Of a stretch of 64,000 nt of DNA, positions 61,925-64,000 are shown one piece after another. The stretch covers positions 11,532,001-11,596,000 of the forward strand of contig OZ024743.1 in NCBI GenBank assembly GCA_964016885.1, in the 5' to 3' direction. A program made the position numbers and the translations under genes. The DNA is from Eledone cirrhosa. Its lineage: Eukaryota. Every line of letters begins with the position of its first letter. The stretch's first letter is position 1. The notes below the pieces were generated by a model. The model ran no database searches, was not told the origin of the DNA, and saw only the letters and a list, made by a program, of their open reading frames with translations.

Positions 61925-62605
61925 TCTATGCGTAATATACGTAAAGATAGAGAATTGCGGGCACTACAACGCTATTAACTGTCATATTTGTTGGTGAAAA
62001 AAATGTGATTATAAAACTTAAATTTATGAATGACTTGTTTTCTAATTAACTTAAATTTGTTTTCTAATTTGGCCCTTTTAAGGGCCACCTATATTTTCAT
62101 TTAAGTAACTCCACTTACATCGATATGCTTTATAACCATGACTTGTTTTCTATTTGTTTTCTAATTTGGTACTTTTAAGTCTTCCCTCTCTCTCTCTTCC
62201 CTATCTCTCCTCTTCCCTCTCTCTCTAAAAAAAAACGCGTGAAAACTCCACTTACGCGTGGTAGTAATACGGAAATAAACGATGTTGACGAGTGACGTCA
62301 CCTTCGCCTGTTTTCCACTGGACTGACAGCTAATAGCGTTGTAGTGCCGAAAATATAGTAAAAGGTACCGGCATTTACCGGATGTTTTTAGTGTATATAG
62401 TGAATGCGCATGCACTGGAGTCAACTTCAAGGGAGATAATTCAATTTGCTATTTGAACTGTTTTATTCACAAGGGGATTTGGTAGAAATAGCAGCTAAAT
62501 ATTTCTCGAATTAATATCTCCCATCTCAAAAGTGAAAGGAGACAGTAAAATTAGGTCCTCTAAACAAAACAGACAAGATGGTCATGGATATGACGACATT
62601 GATTA

Positions 62606-63300
62606 AACTGGGGAACATTTTTTTTCTTGGATTTGAGTTCTTATTCTGATATTTTTATGCCACTGATTCTGAAAATATCCATTTTATCCCAGCAGCTGTA
62701 GTTTTTTAGATATTGCATAGGCCATTGCTTACTTTATTACTCTTCTGAAATGGTAGTATGAGTTACTTGTAATTCTAAATTCATCTGTAGAATTAAATTG
62801 TAGCTATAATCTTGCTGATGTTGTAATTTTACATGTGTATAATACATGTATTAATGTAAGTTCTTTCCTACTACAGGTACAGGTGATGACATGGCTTTGA
62901 GAGAAAATGTTTAAATCATCCATATGGTTTTTTTGTATTATTTGCCACGAGTACACATTCATTGAACAGAGAAAAACTATCAGTGATTTTATGAAAAAAA
63001 CTTATTTTGCCTATTTTAGAGTACAACTAGAGGACCAAGGTAAGCCATGGGCTCCTCAGGTTGTGTGTAAAACATGTACAGAGGATTTGTAGCAATAGAT
63101 CCTTGGAAAGAAATGTCGGAAATTTGGTATACCAATGTTATGGGGGTGACAGAAAAACCACAGTGATGACTGTTACTTTTGTTTGGTGAATATAAAGAGC
63201 ATCAGTGGATGTATCCTGAAATAATCTCAGCTAGATAACCTGTTGCATATTCCAATGACCCATCCTTCAGCTATTTTCTAAAGCTCCCTCAAAATGTTCA
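62606..63300 (+). mobile_element. Decayed DNA transposase N-terminus, Chapaev3(CMC)-like
   Basis: FC.IC.EYT...YFAYF..QLEDQGKPWAPQVVCKTC...FGIPM.W...KNHSDDCYFCLVN with stops; family assignment is from memory of the motif. Confidence 0.55.
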
Positions 63301-64000
63301 TGAATCTGCTATAGACAAAGAAAACATGGAGGCAAAATGACAGTAATTTTTAAGGAACAACCACAAACCTATCAGAGAGCGGCTGATACTTTGACAGTTT
63401 TCCCTCTTTGGCCAGGTGGGCAGCGTAGCCTGGGCTGGTAGCCAAAGGCAGCCAGTTACTGCTAGGTATCTATACTGAGAACAGTCAGCCCTGGGAACAA
63501 TAGTTGAGACACAATTTAACCCTCTCACTGTAACTGCCATAACAACTTTCACGGTTAATTGTAGTTGTTATCTCTACTGCCTCACTCACTAATACAATTA
63601 TATATATTGTTACTGTTGTTATTGTTGTTGTCATTGCAGTTGCATGACGTAGTTATTGATGGCATTCTATGCTCATGCAGCTGTTTTTCTTGTTATTTTA
63701 AAAAAATGTTTAATTATAATTTCCAATGGAAGCACAATACCACAATCTTTGGTGGGTTGTCCATTAAATTGATCTTAGTACTTGATTGGTTTGGTCCTTT
63801 ATTTTATCAACCCTGGAATGATGAAAGGTAAAATCGACCTTGATGGGATTTTAATTAAGAACTTAATGAGCAAAAACAAATACTGCAAGGCATATTGTCC
63901 AATGCTCTAACAATATTGGTGACAGTGAAGGTGGTGGTGGTGGTGGTGGTAGCAACAGCAGCAGTAGTAGTAGTAGTAGTAGTAGTAGTAGGTTTTTGTT

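Overview
Eukaryotic (animal; the repeat content looks cephalopod/mollusc-like, by inference only) repeat-saturated region with no recognisable host protein gene. A large share of the window is long interrupted (TA)n/(TA)nTG microsatellite, which produces all the spurious Tyr/Ile-rich ORFs. The TA tracts hold many retroelements: two RTE-clade LINE families (APE endonuclease + RT with a PHD-type Zn finger inserted in the RT; one copy, ORF 35472-38591, is intact), a 5'-inverted CR1-like fragment, a non-autonomous RTE/BovB-like derivative, a decayed RTE/BovB-like LINE, SINE, mariner and Chapaev-like remnants. Bases 1-35000 are a shuffled ~10.5-11.4 kb segmental amplification of these modules. The main finding is three different non-coding tandem/partial-tandem repeat families (310, 466 and 485 bp units). 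Each unit carries a type I hammerhead ribozyme core (CTGATGA-stem II-GAAA-palindromic stem III-GTA cleavage site). A fourth, variant hammerhead (U3-A8 core) lies at 48281-48327. These look like retrozyme / Penelope-dependent elements predicted to yield small circular RNAs, clustered in TA microsatellite. Self-cleavage and transcription are predictions, not shown.
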